From assembly GCA_035623515.1 (NCBI GenBank), contig DASPTH010000322.1:1526-65525 (forward strand): 64,000 nucleotides of DNA, written 5' to 3'. The notes beneath the pieces are model-generated. The model worked only from the letters and a program-made list of their open reading frames with translations, was not told the origin of the DNA and ran no database searches. This document shows positions 37,342 to 46,534 of the stretch, in pieces. This DNA is from Acidimicrobiia bacterium (lineage in GTDB: Bacteria; Actinomycetota; Acidimicrobiia; IMCC26256; DASPTH01). The translations under genes were made by a program, and so were the position numbers. Every line of letters starts with the position of its first letter. Position 1 is the first letter of the stretch.

Positions 37342-38115
37342 TCAGATCGTGTAGCCGCCGTCGACGGCGAGGTGCTGGCCGGTGATGAAGCGGGCGCGGT
37401 CGGAGGCGAGGAAGCAGACGGCCTCGGCGACGTCGGCGGCCTCGCCGAAACGTCGCAGCGCGATGTTGCGGATCGTCACCTCGAGCGCGGCGTCGTCGAG
37501 CTCGCCTGTTTCGATGAGGCGCGCCGCCATCCCGTCGGTGAGCATGCCGGGTCCGACACAGTTGGCACGCACGCCGTACTTCCCCTCCTCCGCGGCGATC
37601 GCGCGCACGACCGACTCGACGGCCGCCTTCGGCCCCGCCGACAGCCCGTCGCGGATCGGATAGCGGTGGGTGGCCGCGGTCGTGACCGCGACGATGCTGC
37701 CCTGCGATTCGCGCAACGCGGGCAACAGTGGCTGCACGAGGTTGAAGAAGCCGACGACCTCTTCGTCGACGTGCTGCTTGAACCGCGCCGGGTCCACCCT
37801 GCTGAGGTGCAACTGCGACACGTGCGGTCCGGCCGCGTGCACGACCGTGTGGATCCCGCCGAAGTGCTCGGCCGCCTCGGCCATCGTCTCGCGCGTCGCC
37901 TCCGCGTCGGAGAGGTCGAGCTGCCACGCACGCGCGTGACGGTCGAGCGCCTTGATGTCGTCGACGACGGCCGCAGCCGCGTCCGCGTTCGACCGGTACG
38001 TGAGCGCGACGTCGCTCCCCCGAGCCGCGAGCATGCGAGCGATCGGGGCACCGAGGCCGCCACTCGCCCCGGTCACCACGGCGACGCCCGTCTTCCCACC
38101 GAAGTCGTCGATCAT
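37342..38115 (-). CDS. SDR-family oxidoreductase
   Basis: The C-terminal 257 aa of ORF 37342..38466, starting at MIDDFGGKTGVAVVTGASGGLGAPIA. Confidence 0.85.
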   Translation of the reverse strand: MIDDFGGKTGVAVVTGASGGLGAPIARMLAARGSDVALTYRSNADAAAAVVDDIKALDRHARAWQLDLSDAEATRETMAEAAEHFGGIHTVVHAAGPHVSQLHLSRVDPARFKQHVDEEVVGFFNLVQPLLPALRESQGSIVAVTTAATHRYPIRDGLSAGPKAAVESVVRAIAAEEGKYGVRANCVGPGMLTDGMAARLIETGELDDAALEVTIRNIALRRFGEAADVAEAVCFLASDRARFITGQHLAVDGGYTI

Positions 38116-38133
38116 CGCGGATAGGTTCGCGCA

Positions 38134-38595
38134 ATGGCGGATGACGCCGACATTCGAGCGGTCGCCGACCAGTTGACGCTCCGCGGGCTCGCCGAACGCT
38201 ACGCAGCGGGCGTCGACCGGCGCGACCGCGACCTGTTCCTCTCGGCCTTCCATCCCGACGGGGTCCTGGTGCTCCTCGACCACAAGGACCCCGAAGCGGT
38301 CACGGCGACCCGCAGCGGGCACGCCGAGCTGGCCGAGGTCACCCAGCTCATCGCCCGTTACGAGAAGACCTTCCACTTCCTCGGAAACGCCCGGTACGAG
38401 ATCGACGGCGACCGCGCCACCGGGGAGGTGTACTGCCTCGCGCACCACCTCGACCGCAACCGCCACGGCGGCACCGACTACGTCATGCTCATCCGCTACC
38501 AGGACACCTACAGCCGCCGCGACGGCACGTGGGGCATCGACGAGCGGCGCCTCGTCACCGACTGGACCGAGCTCCGCACCGCCAACCGCCCCTGA
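38134..38595 (+). CDS. NTF2/SnoaL-like family protein
   Basis: 153 aa. RAVADQLTLRGLAERYAAGVDRRDRDLFLSAFHPDG is typical of the family. Confidence 0.6.
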   Translation: MADDADIRAVADQLTLRGLAERYAAGVDRRDRDLFLSAFHPDGVLVLLDHKDPEAVTATRSGHAELAEVTQLIARYEKTFHFLGNARYEIDGDRATGEVYCLAHHLDRNRHGGTDYVMLIRYQDTYSRRDGTWGIDERRLVTDWTELRTANRP

Positions 38596-38616
38596 CCCCT
38601 GACCCCTGGCCCCTGG
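38589..38616. repeat. Four tandem heptamers (CCCCTGA x2, CCCCTGG x2) spanning the stop codon
   Basis: Read directly: cccctgacccctgacccctggcccctgg. The first TGA is the stop of the 38134-38595 gene. Confidence 0.7.
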
Positions 38617-38619
38617 CCG

Positions 38620-38667
38620 TTTTGGCGTCTTTGAGTGGTGCTATGACCCCACTCAAAGACGCCAAAA
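38620..38667. terminator. Bidirectional intrinsic-terminator-like hairpin (perfect 19-bp stem) flanked by T and A runs, between convergent genes
   Basis: ttttggcgtctttgagtgg-tgctatgacc-ccactcaaagacgccaaaa. TTTT lies on the left and AAAA on the right, so a U-tract is available on both strands. Confidence 0.6.
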
Positions 38668-38672
38668 CCAAG

Positions 38673-39422
38673 TCAGCGGTGGTACTTCATGCCGCCGTCG
38701 ACGAGGATCACCTGACCGGTGACGAAGCGGGCGTCGGGGCCGGCCAGGAAGGCGGCGACGCGGCCGATGTCGGCGGGTTCGCCGAAGCGGCCGAGCGGGA
38801 TGCTGGCGAGCGAGCGGGCGCGGCGCTTCGGGTCGGCGAGCCAGGCCTCCATCGACGGCGAGCTCACGTGCGGGACGATGACGTTGGCCCGGATGCCGTC
38901 GCGCCCCCACTCCACCGCGGCCGCGCGCGTGATCGCCTGGATCGCGTCCTTCGTGGCCGCGTACACACCGAAGCCTTCGGGCGCGTACTGCGCGCCGGAA
39001 CCGAAGTTGACGATGCTGCCGCCGCCGCACAGGTGCGGGTGGCACACGCGCATGAAGCGCAGCGTGGCCAGCGGACCCGTGCGCCACAGCAGGTCGACGT
39101 CGTCCTCCGCCACGTCGAGCAGGCGCCCGTCGCGCGTCGTGTGGTGCGCGACGTTGGCGAGGACGTCGACGGTCCCGAACTCGTCGATCACCGTCTCCAC
39201 GGCGCCCGTGATGTCGCCGGCGGACGCGACGTCGCAGCAGACCGGGAGCGCGCGGCCCCCGCGGGACTCGATGCCCTCGGTGACCGCCTCGAGCTTCGAC
39301 GCGGTGCGCCCGACGACGGCGACCGCGGCGCCGTCGTCGGCGAGCGCCTCCGCGACGCCCATGCCCGCGCCCTGGCCGGCGCCGGTCACGAGCGCGACCT
39401 TGCCGTTCAGCGGACCCGTCAC
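38673..39422 (-). CDS. SDR-family oxidoreductase
   Basis: VALVTGAGQGAGMGVA and YAATKDA motifs. Confidence 0.85.
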   Translation of the reverse strand: MTGPLNGKVALVTGAGQGAGMGVAEALADDGAAVAVVGRTASKLEAVTEGIESRGGRALPVCCDVASAGDITGAVETVIDEFGTVDVLANVAHHTTRDGRLLDVAEDDVDLLWRTGPLATLRFMRVCHPHLCGGGSIVNFGSGAQYAPEGFGVYAATKDAIQAITRAAAVEWGRDGIRANVIVPHVSSPSMEAWLADPKRRARSLASIPLGRFGEPADIGRVAAFLAGPDARFVTGQVILVDGGMKYHR

Positions 39423-39457
39423 GGGGACGACTCTACAAAGTGTGGTGGACTCGCAGC

Positions 39458-40567
39458 ATGGCGCACCGCGGTCCCGTCCTGGTCGTCAACGCGGGCTCGA
39501 CCTCGGCGAAGCTCTCGGTGGTAGACGACCTGGGCGGAGTGGCGTGGTCGCACGAGACCGGCGCGGGAGACGACGCGATGACGGCCGCGCTCGCCGATGC
39601 CGGGGCGCGCCGTGCCCTCGACGGCGTCGTCGCCGTCGGCCACCGAATCGTGCACGGCGGCGATCGGTTCGTGGCGCCGGTCGTGGTCGACGACCCGGTG
39701 CTCGCGGAACTCGACGCGCTCGGCGACCTCGCGCCCCTGCACAACGCGGCCGGGCTGGCCGGCATCCGCACCGCGCGTGCTCGGCTCCCCGGCGTGCCGC
39801 ACGTCGCCTGCTTCGACACCGCGTTCCACGCGACGATGCCCGACGCGGCGCGTGCGTTCGGTGGTCCCTACGAGTGGCTCACCGCGGGCTTGCGCCGGTA
39901 CGGGTTTCACGGCTTCAGCCACGCGTACGCGGCCGGCCGCGCCGCGCACATGCTCCGGCGCGACGAGGTCGACCTCCGGCTCGTCACCTGTCACCTCGGC
40001 GGCGGCTGCTCGCTCGCGGCGATCGACGGCGGGAGGAGCGTCGACACCACCATGGGGTTCACGCCCGTCGACGGCCTCGTGATGGGCACCCGGGCCGGGT
40101 CCGTCGACGCCGGTCTCCTCGTGCACCTGCTCCGGCACGGCACGACGGTCGACGCGCTCTCCGACCTCCTCGAGCGGCGGTCGGGCCTGCTCGGGCTGTC
40201 GGGCGTGAGCGGCGACCTGCGCGAGGTCCTCGCCGCGCGCGACGCCGGGGACGAGCGCGCCGGTCTGGCCGTGGACGTCTTCGTGCACCGCCTGGTGGCC
40301 GGCATCGGCGCGATGGCCGCGGTGCTCGGCGGAGTGGACGCCATCGTGTTCACCGGCGGCATCGGCGAGCACTGCGCCGAGGTGCGCACCCGCGCGGCGG
40401 CCGCGTGCTCCTGGCTCGGCACGACCCTCGACGACGACGCGAACCGGTCCGTCGCCGGCGACGCCGACGTGTCGGCACCCGCTGCGCGGGTGCGCGTCCT
40501 CGTCGTCACCGCCCGGGAGGATCTCGCCATCGCGGCGGCGGCCCGCCGCGCGCTCGCGTCGACGTGA
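39458..40567 (+). CDS. ackA: Acetate/propionate kinase
   Basis: VLVVNAGSTSAKL, VGHRIVHGG, APLHN, CFDTAFH, YGFHGFSH, MGTRAGSVD and FTGGIGEH are the canonical ASKHA acetate-kinase boxes. I prefer the ATG at 39458. Confidence 0.8.
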   Translation: MAHRGPVLVVNAGSTSAKLSVVDDLGGVAWSHETGAGDDAMTAALADAGARRALDGVVAVGHRIVHGGDRFVAPVVVDDPVLAELDALGDLAPLHNAAGLAGIRTARARLPGVPHVACFDTAFHATMPDAARAFGGPYEWLTAGLRRYGFHGFSHAYAAGRAAHMLRRDEVDLRLVTCHLGGGCSLAAIDGGRSVDTTMGFTPVDGLVMGTRAGSVDAGLLVHLLRHGTTVDALSDLLERRSGLLGLSGVSGDLREVLAARDAGDERAGLAVDVFVHRLVAGIGAMAAVLGGVDAIVFTGGIGEHCAEVRTRAAAACSWLGTTLDDDANRSVAGDADVSAPAARVRVLVVTAREDLAIAAAARRALAST

Positions 40568-40638
40568 CCGGGCGGCGGGTGCGCCTCTAGATTCGGGCCC
40601 ACAATCCGACGAGGCGATGGAGCCCGGGGGGAGGACGC

Positions 40639-41628
40639 GTGGCGCGGCTGGTCGAGAACCGCATCCAGTTCCCGTACAAACGCTCGCTGGGGCCGATCTT
40701 CGGGGCCTTCATGACCGGTCTGGTCCAGCGCAAGATCCTCGGCATCCGCTGCGACGGCAAGGTGCTCGCACCACCGCTCGAGTGGAACCCGGCGACCGGC
40801 GACGAGTTGGCCCCCGACCTCGTGGAGGTCGGGCCGGCGGGCACGGTCGTCAACTGGACGTGGGTACCGCAACCCACCGAACAGCACCCGCTCGACCACC
40901 CGTTCGCGTTCGCGATGATCCGCCTCGACGGCGCCGACACGCCGTTCGTCCATGCGGTCGACGCCGGGAACATCGACGCCATGGCGGAGGGCATGCGGGT
41001 CGCGCCCCGCTGGAAGCGCGAGCGGCTCGGCACCATCCGGGACATCGAGTGCTTCGTGCCCGGCGAGGACGCCGAGATCCCCGAGGGCGACACCAACGAG
41101 GCGCCCGAGGAACCCGTGACGATGATGGAGTACGACGCCTCGATCACGTACCGGAACCCCGTCTCCGAGAACGCGGAACGGGCGAACGCGGCGTCCCGCG
41201 AGAAGCGGCTGCTCGGCCAGCAGTGCCCGGTGTGCGGCCGCATGTACGCGGGCGGCCGCGGCTACTGCCCGATCGACGCGGTCGAGCTCACCGAGGAGCA
41301 CGACGTCGACCTCCCGCAGCGAGGAGTCGTCAGCAACTACACGATCGTCACGCCCGTCCAGTACCCCGGGCAGACCGAGACCGAGCCGTTCGCGCGCGTG
41401 TTCGTCCGCCTCGACGGCGTCGACGTCGTGCTCGGCTTCCAGAACCTGATCGACGTGCCCGTCGACGACATCCATCCGGGGATCCGCGTCGCGGCGATGT
41501 GGGCCTCGGAAGCGGAGCGGGAGGAGACGATCGGCGGCATCCGCAACGCGATCGGTGGGCTGGTGGGGTGGATCCCGACCGGCGAGCCCGACGACACGAG
41601 CCCCGACCTCCTCGACAAGGTGCTGTGA
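40639..41628 (+). CDS. Double DUF35-type OB-fold protein (second half carries a Zn-ribbon-like CPVCG)
   Basis: 329 aa, about twice the usual DUF35 length. The first half has an OB-fold-like PFAFAMIRLDG. The second half has QCPVCGRMYAGGRGYCP plus EPFARVFVRLDG. GTG start after GGGGGGAGG. Confidence 0.7.
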   Translation: MARLVENRIQFPYKRSLGPIFGAFMTGLVQRKILGIRCDGKVLAPPLEWNPATGDELAPDLVEVGPAGTVVNWTWVPQPTEQHPLDHPFAFAMIRLDGADTPFVHAVDAGNIDAMAEGMRVAPRWKRERLGTIRDIECFVPGEDAEIPEGDTNEAPEEPVTMMEYDASITYRNPVSENAERANAASREKRLLGQQCPVCGRMYAGGRGYCPIDAVELTEEHDVDLPQRGVVSNYTIVTPVQYPGQTETEPFARVFVRLDGVDVVLGFQNLIDVPVDDIHPGIRVAAMWASEAEREETIGGIRNAIGGLVGWIPTGEPDDTSPDLLDKVL

Positions 41629-42689
41629 TGCGCAACGACACCGACATCGCCATCGTCGCCTCGGCGACCACTCCGGTCGTCCGCCACACCGGCGACACCG
41701 AGACCACGCTGCTCCTGCACGCGATCACGAGCGCGCTCGAGCCGGTCGGCCTCACCCGGGCCGACGTCGACTTCACGTGTGCCGGGAGCTGCGACTACAT
41801 CTCGGGCGCGACGTTCTCGTTCGTGAGCAACCTCGACGCCATCGGCGCGTGGCCGCCGAAGCGCGACTCACACGTCGAGATGGACGGTGCGTGGGCGCTC
41901 TACGAGGCGTGGCTGCGCCTCCACCACGGCGACATCGAGATCGCGGTGGTCACGGGCTCGGGCCGGTCGTCCACTGCCGACCCGTCGCTCATCTACCCGA
42001 TGGAGATGGACCCCTACTACCTCGCGCCGCTCGGCGTCGACCCGGTGAGCTTCGCCGCGTTGCAGGCGCGCGCCCTCATCGAGGCCGGCAAGGTCACCGA
42101 ACGGCAGATGGCCGAAGTGGCCGCGCGCAGCCGCAAGGACGCGGTCGGGAACCCCTCGGCGCAGGTGACGGGCGACTTCGACGTCGACGAGCTGCTCGAG
42201 GAGGACTACGTGCGCGCGCCGTTGCGACGCCACGACCTGCCGCCGATCAGCGACGGTGCCTGCGCGGTGGTGCTCGCCACCGCGCAGCGCGCCGAGCAGC
42301 TCGTCGAGCGGCCGGCGTGGATCACCGGCCTCGAGCACCGGTCGGAGTGCCACAACCCGGCCCTCCGCGACCTCACCGACTCGCCGTCGACCCGCCTCGC
42401 CGCCGAGGCCGCCGGACTGCGCGACGGGCCCGTCGAGGTGGCGGAGCTCCAGGCCGCGTTCACGCACGAGGAGCCGCTCCTGCGCGAGGTGCTCGGCCTC
42501 GACGACTCCGTCGCCGTGAATCCCTCGGGCGGCGCGCTCGCGGCCAACCCGATCATGGCCACCGGCCTCGTGCGGATCGCCGAGGCCGCCCGGCAGGTCG
42601 CGGCCGGCCGGCAACGCACGCTCGCGCACGCCACGTCGGGTCCCTGCCTGCAACAGAACCTCGTGTGCATCCTGGAAGGTGACTCGTGA
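41628..42689 (+). CDS. Thiolase-fold (SCP-x/lipid-transfer-protein-type) protein
   Basis: The 3' part of ORF 40617..42689, from MRNDTDIAIVASA. C-terminal NPSGGALAANPIMATGL thiolase box. TGATG overlap with the DUF35 gene. Confidence 0.8.
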   Translation: MRNDTDIAIVASATTPVVRHTGDTETTLLLHAITSALEPVGLTRADVDFTCAGSCDYISGATFSFVSNLDAIGAWPPKRDSHVEMDGAWALYEAWLRLHHGDIEIAVVTGSGRSSTADPSLIYPMEMDPYYLAPLGVDPVSFAALQARALIEAGKVTERQMAEVAARSRKDAVGNPSAQVTGDFDVDELLEEDYVRAPLRRHDLPPISDGACAVVLATAQRAEQLVERPAWITGLEHRSECHNPALRDLTDSPSTRLAAEAAGLRDGPVEVAELQAAFTHEEPLLREVLGLDDSVAVNPSGGALAANPIMATGLVRIAEAARQVAAGRQRTLAHATSGPCLQQNLVCILEGDS

Positions 42690-43852
42690 GCTTCCAACCC
42701 ACCGCCGTCGTCGGCATCGGGCAGACCCACCACAAGTCGCGCCGGCGCGACGTGTCGTTCCCGGGTCTCGTACGCGAGGCCGCGGTCCGCGCGCTCGACG
42801 ACGCGCAGATGGACTGGAGCGACATCGACGCCGTCGTGCTCGGCAAGGCACCCGACCTCTTCGAAGGCGTCATGAAGCCGGAGCTCTACCTGTCGGACGC
42901 GCTCGGCGCCACCGGCAAGCCGATGTTCCGCGTGCACACCGCCGGCAGCGTCGGCGGGACCACCGGGATCGTGGCCGCCCACCACGTGCAGGCCGGCGTG
43001 CACAAGCGAGTCATGGCCGTCGCGTTCGAGAAGCAGTCCGAGGGAAACGCGCAGTTCGCACTCGGGAGCGGGCGCGGCGCGTCACTCGGCGCGGGTGGCG
43101 CATTCGCGCCGTTCATCCGCTCGTACATCCACCGGAGCGGCGCGCCCGAGCACATCGGGTGGCAGGTCGCGGTCAAGGACCGCAAGAACGCGCTGAAGAA
43201 CGAGTACGCCCACCTCAAGATCGAGGACATCTCGATCGAGAAGGTGCGCGACTCGCCGATGATGTGGGAGCCGACGCGCTACCTCGAGTCGTGTCCCTCG
43301 TCCGACGGCGCGTGCGCGGTGATCTTCACCGACGAGGACGGCGGCCGGGCGGCAGCCGGCGACGGCCGGCCGCCGGCGTGGGTGCTCGGCACCGCGGTGC
43401 GCAGCGAACCGGGCGGGTTCCCGGGGCGTGACGGCGTCCGCCCGCAGGGCGCGATCGACTGCGCGTGGGACCTCTACGGCCAGGTGGGCATCACCAACCC
43501 GCGCGAGCAGATCGACATGGCGGAGCTGTACGTACCGTTCAGCTGGTACGAGCCGATCTGGCTCGAGGGCCACGACATCGCGCCGGTCGGCGACGGCTGG
43601 AAGATGGTCGACCGCGGGGAGACCGAGCTCACGGGATCGTTCCCGGTGAACTGCTCGGGTGGCGTGCTGTCGACGAACCCGATCGGGGCGTCGGGCCTGT
43701 TGCGGTTCGCGGAAGCCGCGCTCCAGGTGCGCGGGACGGCGGGTGATCACCAGGTCGACGGGGTGAACGTCGCGCTGGCACAGGCCTACGGCGCCAACAT
43801 GCAGTACTTCGCGATGTGGATCGTCGCGAAGTCGCTCGACCCGTTCGGCTGA
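42686..43852 (+). CDS. Thiolase-fold (lipid-transfer-protein-type) protein
   Basis: 388 aa. C-terminal NCSGGVLSTNPIGASGL box. GTGA overlap with the preceding gene. Confidence 0.8.
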   Translation: MSFQPTAVVGIGQTHHKSRRRDVSFPGLVREAAVRALDDAQMDWSDIDAVVLGKAPDLFEGVMKPELYLSDALGATGKPMFRVHTAGSVGGTTGIVAAHHVQAGVHKRVMAVAFEKQSEGNAQFALGSGRGASLGAGGAFAPFIRSYIHRSGAPEHIGWQVAVKDRKNALKNEYAHLKIEDISIEKVRDSPMMWEPTRYLESCPSSDGACAVIFTDEDGGRAAAGDGRPPAWVLGTAVRSEPGGFPGRDGVRPQGAIDCAWDLYGQVGITNPREQIDMAELYVPFSWYEPIWLEGHDIAPVGDGWKMVDRGETELTGSFPVNCSGGVLSTNPIGASGLLRFAEAALQVRGTAGDHQVDGVNVALAQAYGANMQYFAMWIVAKSLDPFG

Positions 43853-43855
43853 CGG

Positions 43856-44803
43856 TCAGAACACCGCGATCGGGTTGACGGGCGAGCCGGTCGCGCCTTC
43901 GATCACGAGCGGGGCGATCACGAGCTGGAAGGTCCAGCGGTCGAGCTCCGTGCACGTGCCCGCGAGCTCCTCGAGATCGGCGTTGTCGACGATGGGCATC
44001 CCGAGGTACGGGAGCACCACGTTGTGCACGTGCAGCGGGTGGTCGATCGGCAGCGGGTTCGGCACGCCCTGCTGGTCGTTCGGCGCGTCCTGCCAGTCCC
44101 ACACGAGGACCGACGCGTCCGTCTCGTACAGGAACTCGATGCACGAAGCGTGCACGCCCGACGGCGAGCCGAACCCCGGCGTCTCGTCGGGGTTGCTCGC
44201 GTAGTACGCGCCGTGACCCGACCGGATCACGACGGCGTCGCCGGCCTGTGGCTCGACACCGCACGCGCCGGCCGCATCCGCGAGCTCCCAACCGTGCACG
44301 GGGTGGCCGGCCTCGACCCAGCCCGTGCCCCGGAGGCGTGGGATGTCGTAGAGCACGCCGCGGGTCACGATGCCGTCGCGCCAGTGCTCGATCGTTCCGC
44401 GCCGTCCCGACGGCATGCGGAGCGGGCCGAACGGCTTGCCGTTCCAGTACACGTCGGAGCCGTGCTGGTGCGCGCCGAGATGGCTGAGCGCGTCGATGTG
44501 GGTCTGCGTCACGCCGTGGATGAACATGCCGAAGTAGTCGAGCATGCCGCCGGTGCTCTCCATCGCGACGAAGTGGTGCGCGGGATACGGGTTCGCCGGG
44601 CCGGCGAACGTGTCGAGCGGGCGCGACAAGGAGACTGCGCGCCCGTCGCGCACGAGCGCGGCGGCGGCGCGTCGCACGGCGTCGGTGATGTGGTTCAACG
44701 TGCCGAGCTCGTCGTCATCGCCCCAGCGACCCCAGTTGGAGAAGCGCGCCGGGTACGCGACGTACTCCTCGGCCGTCGGCGGCGTGCGATCGGTCAGCCC
44801 CAT
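43856..44803 (-). CDS. Putative cyclase / kynurenine-formamidase-like family protein
   Basis: The C-terminal 315 aa of ORF 43856..45349, from MGLTDR. Motifs WGDDDELGTLN and THIDALSHL. Confidence 0.65.
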   Translation of the reverse strand: MGLTDRTPPTAEEYVAYPARFSNWGRWGDDDELGTLNHITDAVRRAAAALVRDGRAVSLSRPLDTFAGPANPYPAHHFVAMESTGGMLDYFGMFIHGVTQTHIDALSHLGAHQHGSDVYWNGKPFGPLRMPSGRRGTIEHWRDGIVTRGVLYDIPRLRGTGWVEAGHPVHGWELADAAGACGVEPQAGDAVVIRSGHGAYYASNPDETPGFGSPSGVHASCIEFLYETDASVLVWDWQDAPNDQQGVPNPLPIDHPLHVHNVVLPYLGMPIVDNADLEELAGTCTELDRWTFQLVIAPLVIEGATGSPVNPIAVF

Positions 44804-44856
44804 GGTCACCTCGAGTGGTCTCGTCGGACCGAGTCCGTGGGCTGCAGTCTGCTCCG

Positions 44857-45594
44857 TCACGCAACGGGAGTGACGAGCCCCCACGTCCAGCCGATGAGGC
44901 GCAGGCCGAGCCGGGACGCGACCCGCCGGGACGACCGGTTCTCCGCGTCCGTGCTGTAGAAGAGGTGACGGCCCCCGCCACGCGCGATCGAGGCCCAGGC
45001 GGCGGTGGCCGCGGCGGCGTGGCCCTGGCCGCGGAACTCGGGCATGGTCCAGACCCCGCACTCGGCGGCACGATCGGTCATCCGGCGCGGGGTGTGACAG
45101 ATCGAGACAACGTGGTCGTGCACCGTGGCCATCGCCCACGGGCCGAGGCGCCCGTCGACCAGGTCGAGCCACTCCGCCGGTTCCCAGTTGCCGGGATTGC
45201 GGTGGCGGAACGCCGCGGCCGCGGCGTCGTCGCACGTGGACACCGTGATCTCCGCCGCGGACGCGAGGTGCGTGCCGGGCGGGATCACGTAGTACGGGCC
45301 CGACCGGCGCCGCACGTCGGGGTGCTCGGCGCGCAGGAGCCGCTCGCACTCGGCGAGCGCGGCCGGTTCGACGGCCGGGTCGCCGACGCGGTCGGCGCGG
45401 GCGAACGCGTCACGCAGCCGCGCGGCCAGCGCGTCGGCCACCTCGCTGCCGACGAAGAGCAGCTGGCCGTCGGGCGCAGCTGCAACGGTGATCCCGCTGT
45501 GGTGCTCGATCCGACCGCGCGTGTCGAGGACCATCTCCTGCTGGATGCGCAGGAGCTCGAGGTCGGTCGGCTGCGCGTCAGGCGGCGTCGTCAC
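44857..45594 (-). CDS. GNAT-family N-acetyltransferase
   Basis: C-terminal VWTMPEFRGQGHAAAATAAW (acetyl-CoA motif A) and NRSSRRVASRLGL. Confidence 0.65.
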   Translation of the reverse strand: MTTPPDAQPTDLELLRIQQEMVLDTRGRIEHHSGITVAAAPDGQLLFVGSEVADALAARLRDAFARADRVGDPAVEPAALAECERLLRAEHPDVRRRSGPYYVIPPGTHLASAAEITVSTCDDAAAAAFRHRNPGNWEPAEWLDLVDGRLGPWAMATVHDHVVSICHTPRRMTDRAAECGVWTMPEFRGQGHAAAATAAWASIARGGGRHLFYSTDAENRSSRRVASRLGLRLIGWTWGLVTPVA

Positions 45595-46534
45595 GGGGTG
45601 CCGTCTCGCGCCGCCAGAACCGGTCGAGGAGCAGTCCCGTCGCGTCGAGGCGCTTCGCCACCGGACCGATCAAGCGCGCCGGCAGGTACTGCGCACCGCC
45701 GGGCCATGTGTGGCCGCCGCCTTCGATCCGGTAGAGCACGACGGTCGGGCCGGCGCCGGTCTCCCACGCGATGCGGGTCACCGGCAGGTCACCGGCAGGC
45801 ACCGTGAGCACGTCGATCCTCGGCGCGCCGACGGAGCCGTTCGCCGCGGCCCAGTCGGCGGCCGCGATCTCGGCGGCCACTGCCAGCCCACGATTGCTGG
45901 CACCCCTGCTGCGACGCTGCACCATGCGGCCGAGCGGCCCGATGGGGCCACCGCCGTACGGGACGAGGGGGTCGGCAGTCCCGGCGAAGATCACGACGGT
46001 TGCGGGCTGCGCGGGACGCGGCGTCTCCGCGCGCGACGTGACGGTTCCCGGCCCGGCGACCAGACCGAGACCGGCAACCGCCAGCAGACCGCGGCGCCCG
46101 ACGTGCTCCGACATCAACGCGCCGTTCGAGATGCCCGCCAGGTACACACCGTCACCGCGCGCGCGCCCGTCCGACGAGAACCGGCGCACGAGGGCTTGCA
46201 GGAACGCGACGTCGTCGACGTTCTCGCGTTGGCGGAGCGCCCCGGCGTCGCGTCGGTCGTTCCAGACGCGACCCTTCCCGTCGGGGAACACGGTGACGAA
46301 CCCGGCGGCCGGGCCGCGGAGGTGCAACTTGGTGAGCGCCGCGGTCCCCGGTCCCTGCGCGCCCGCGCCGTGGAGCACGACCAGGAGGGGCGGTGTTGGT
46401 TCGGCGGCGAGCGGGAGCGGCGCGACCCAGTAGTCGCGGGTGAGGCCGCCGACGTCGAGGGTCTCGTGTGCCAGGTTGTCGGGCAACTCGAGGCCGTGAC
46501 GGCCCCGAGAGCGCTCGAGCGCGCGCCCCTTCAC
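45578..46534 (-). CDS. PHB-depolymerase/LpqC-like alpha/beta-hydrolase esterase (no signal peptide seen)
   Basis: The C-terminal 318 aa of ORF 45578..47134. Motifs LLVVLHGAG, nucleophile elbow GISNG, and FAGTADPLVPY. The GTG start overlaps the upstream stop (GTGA). Confidence 0.7.
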   Translation of the reverse strand: MKGRALERSRGRHGLELPDNLAHETLDVGGLTRDYWVAPLPLAAEPTPPLLVVLHGAGAQGPGTAALTKLHLRGPAAGFVTVFPDGKGRVWNDRRDAGALRQRENVDDVAFLQALVRRFSSDGRARGDGVYLAGISNGALMSEHVGRRGLLAVAGLGLVAGPGTVTSRAETPRPAQPATVVIFAGTADPLVPYGGGPIGPLGRMVQRRSRGASNRGLAVAAEIAAADWAAANGSVGAPRIDVLTVPAGDLPVTRIAWETGAGPTVVLYRIEGGGHTWPGGAQYLPARLIGPVAKRLDATGLLLDRFWRRETAPRDDAA

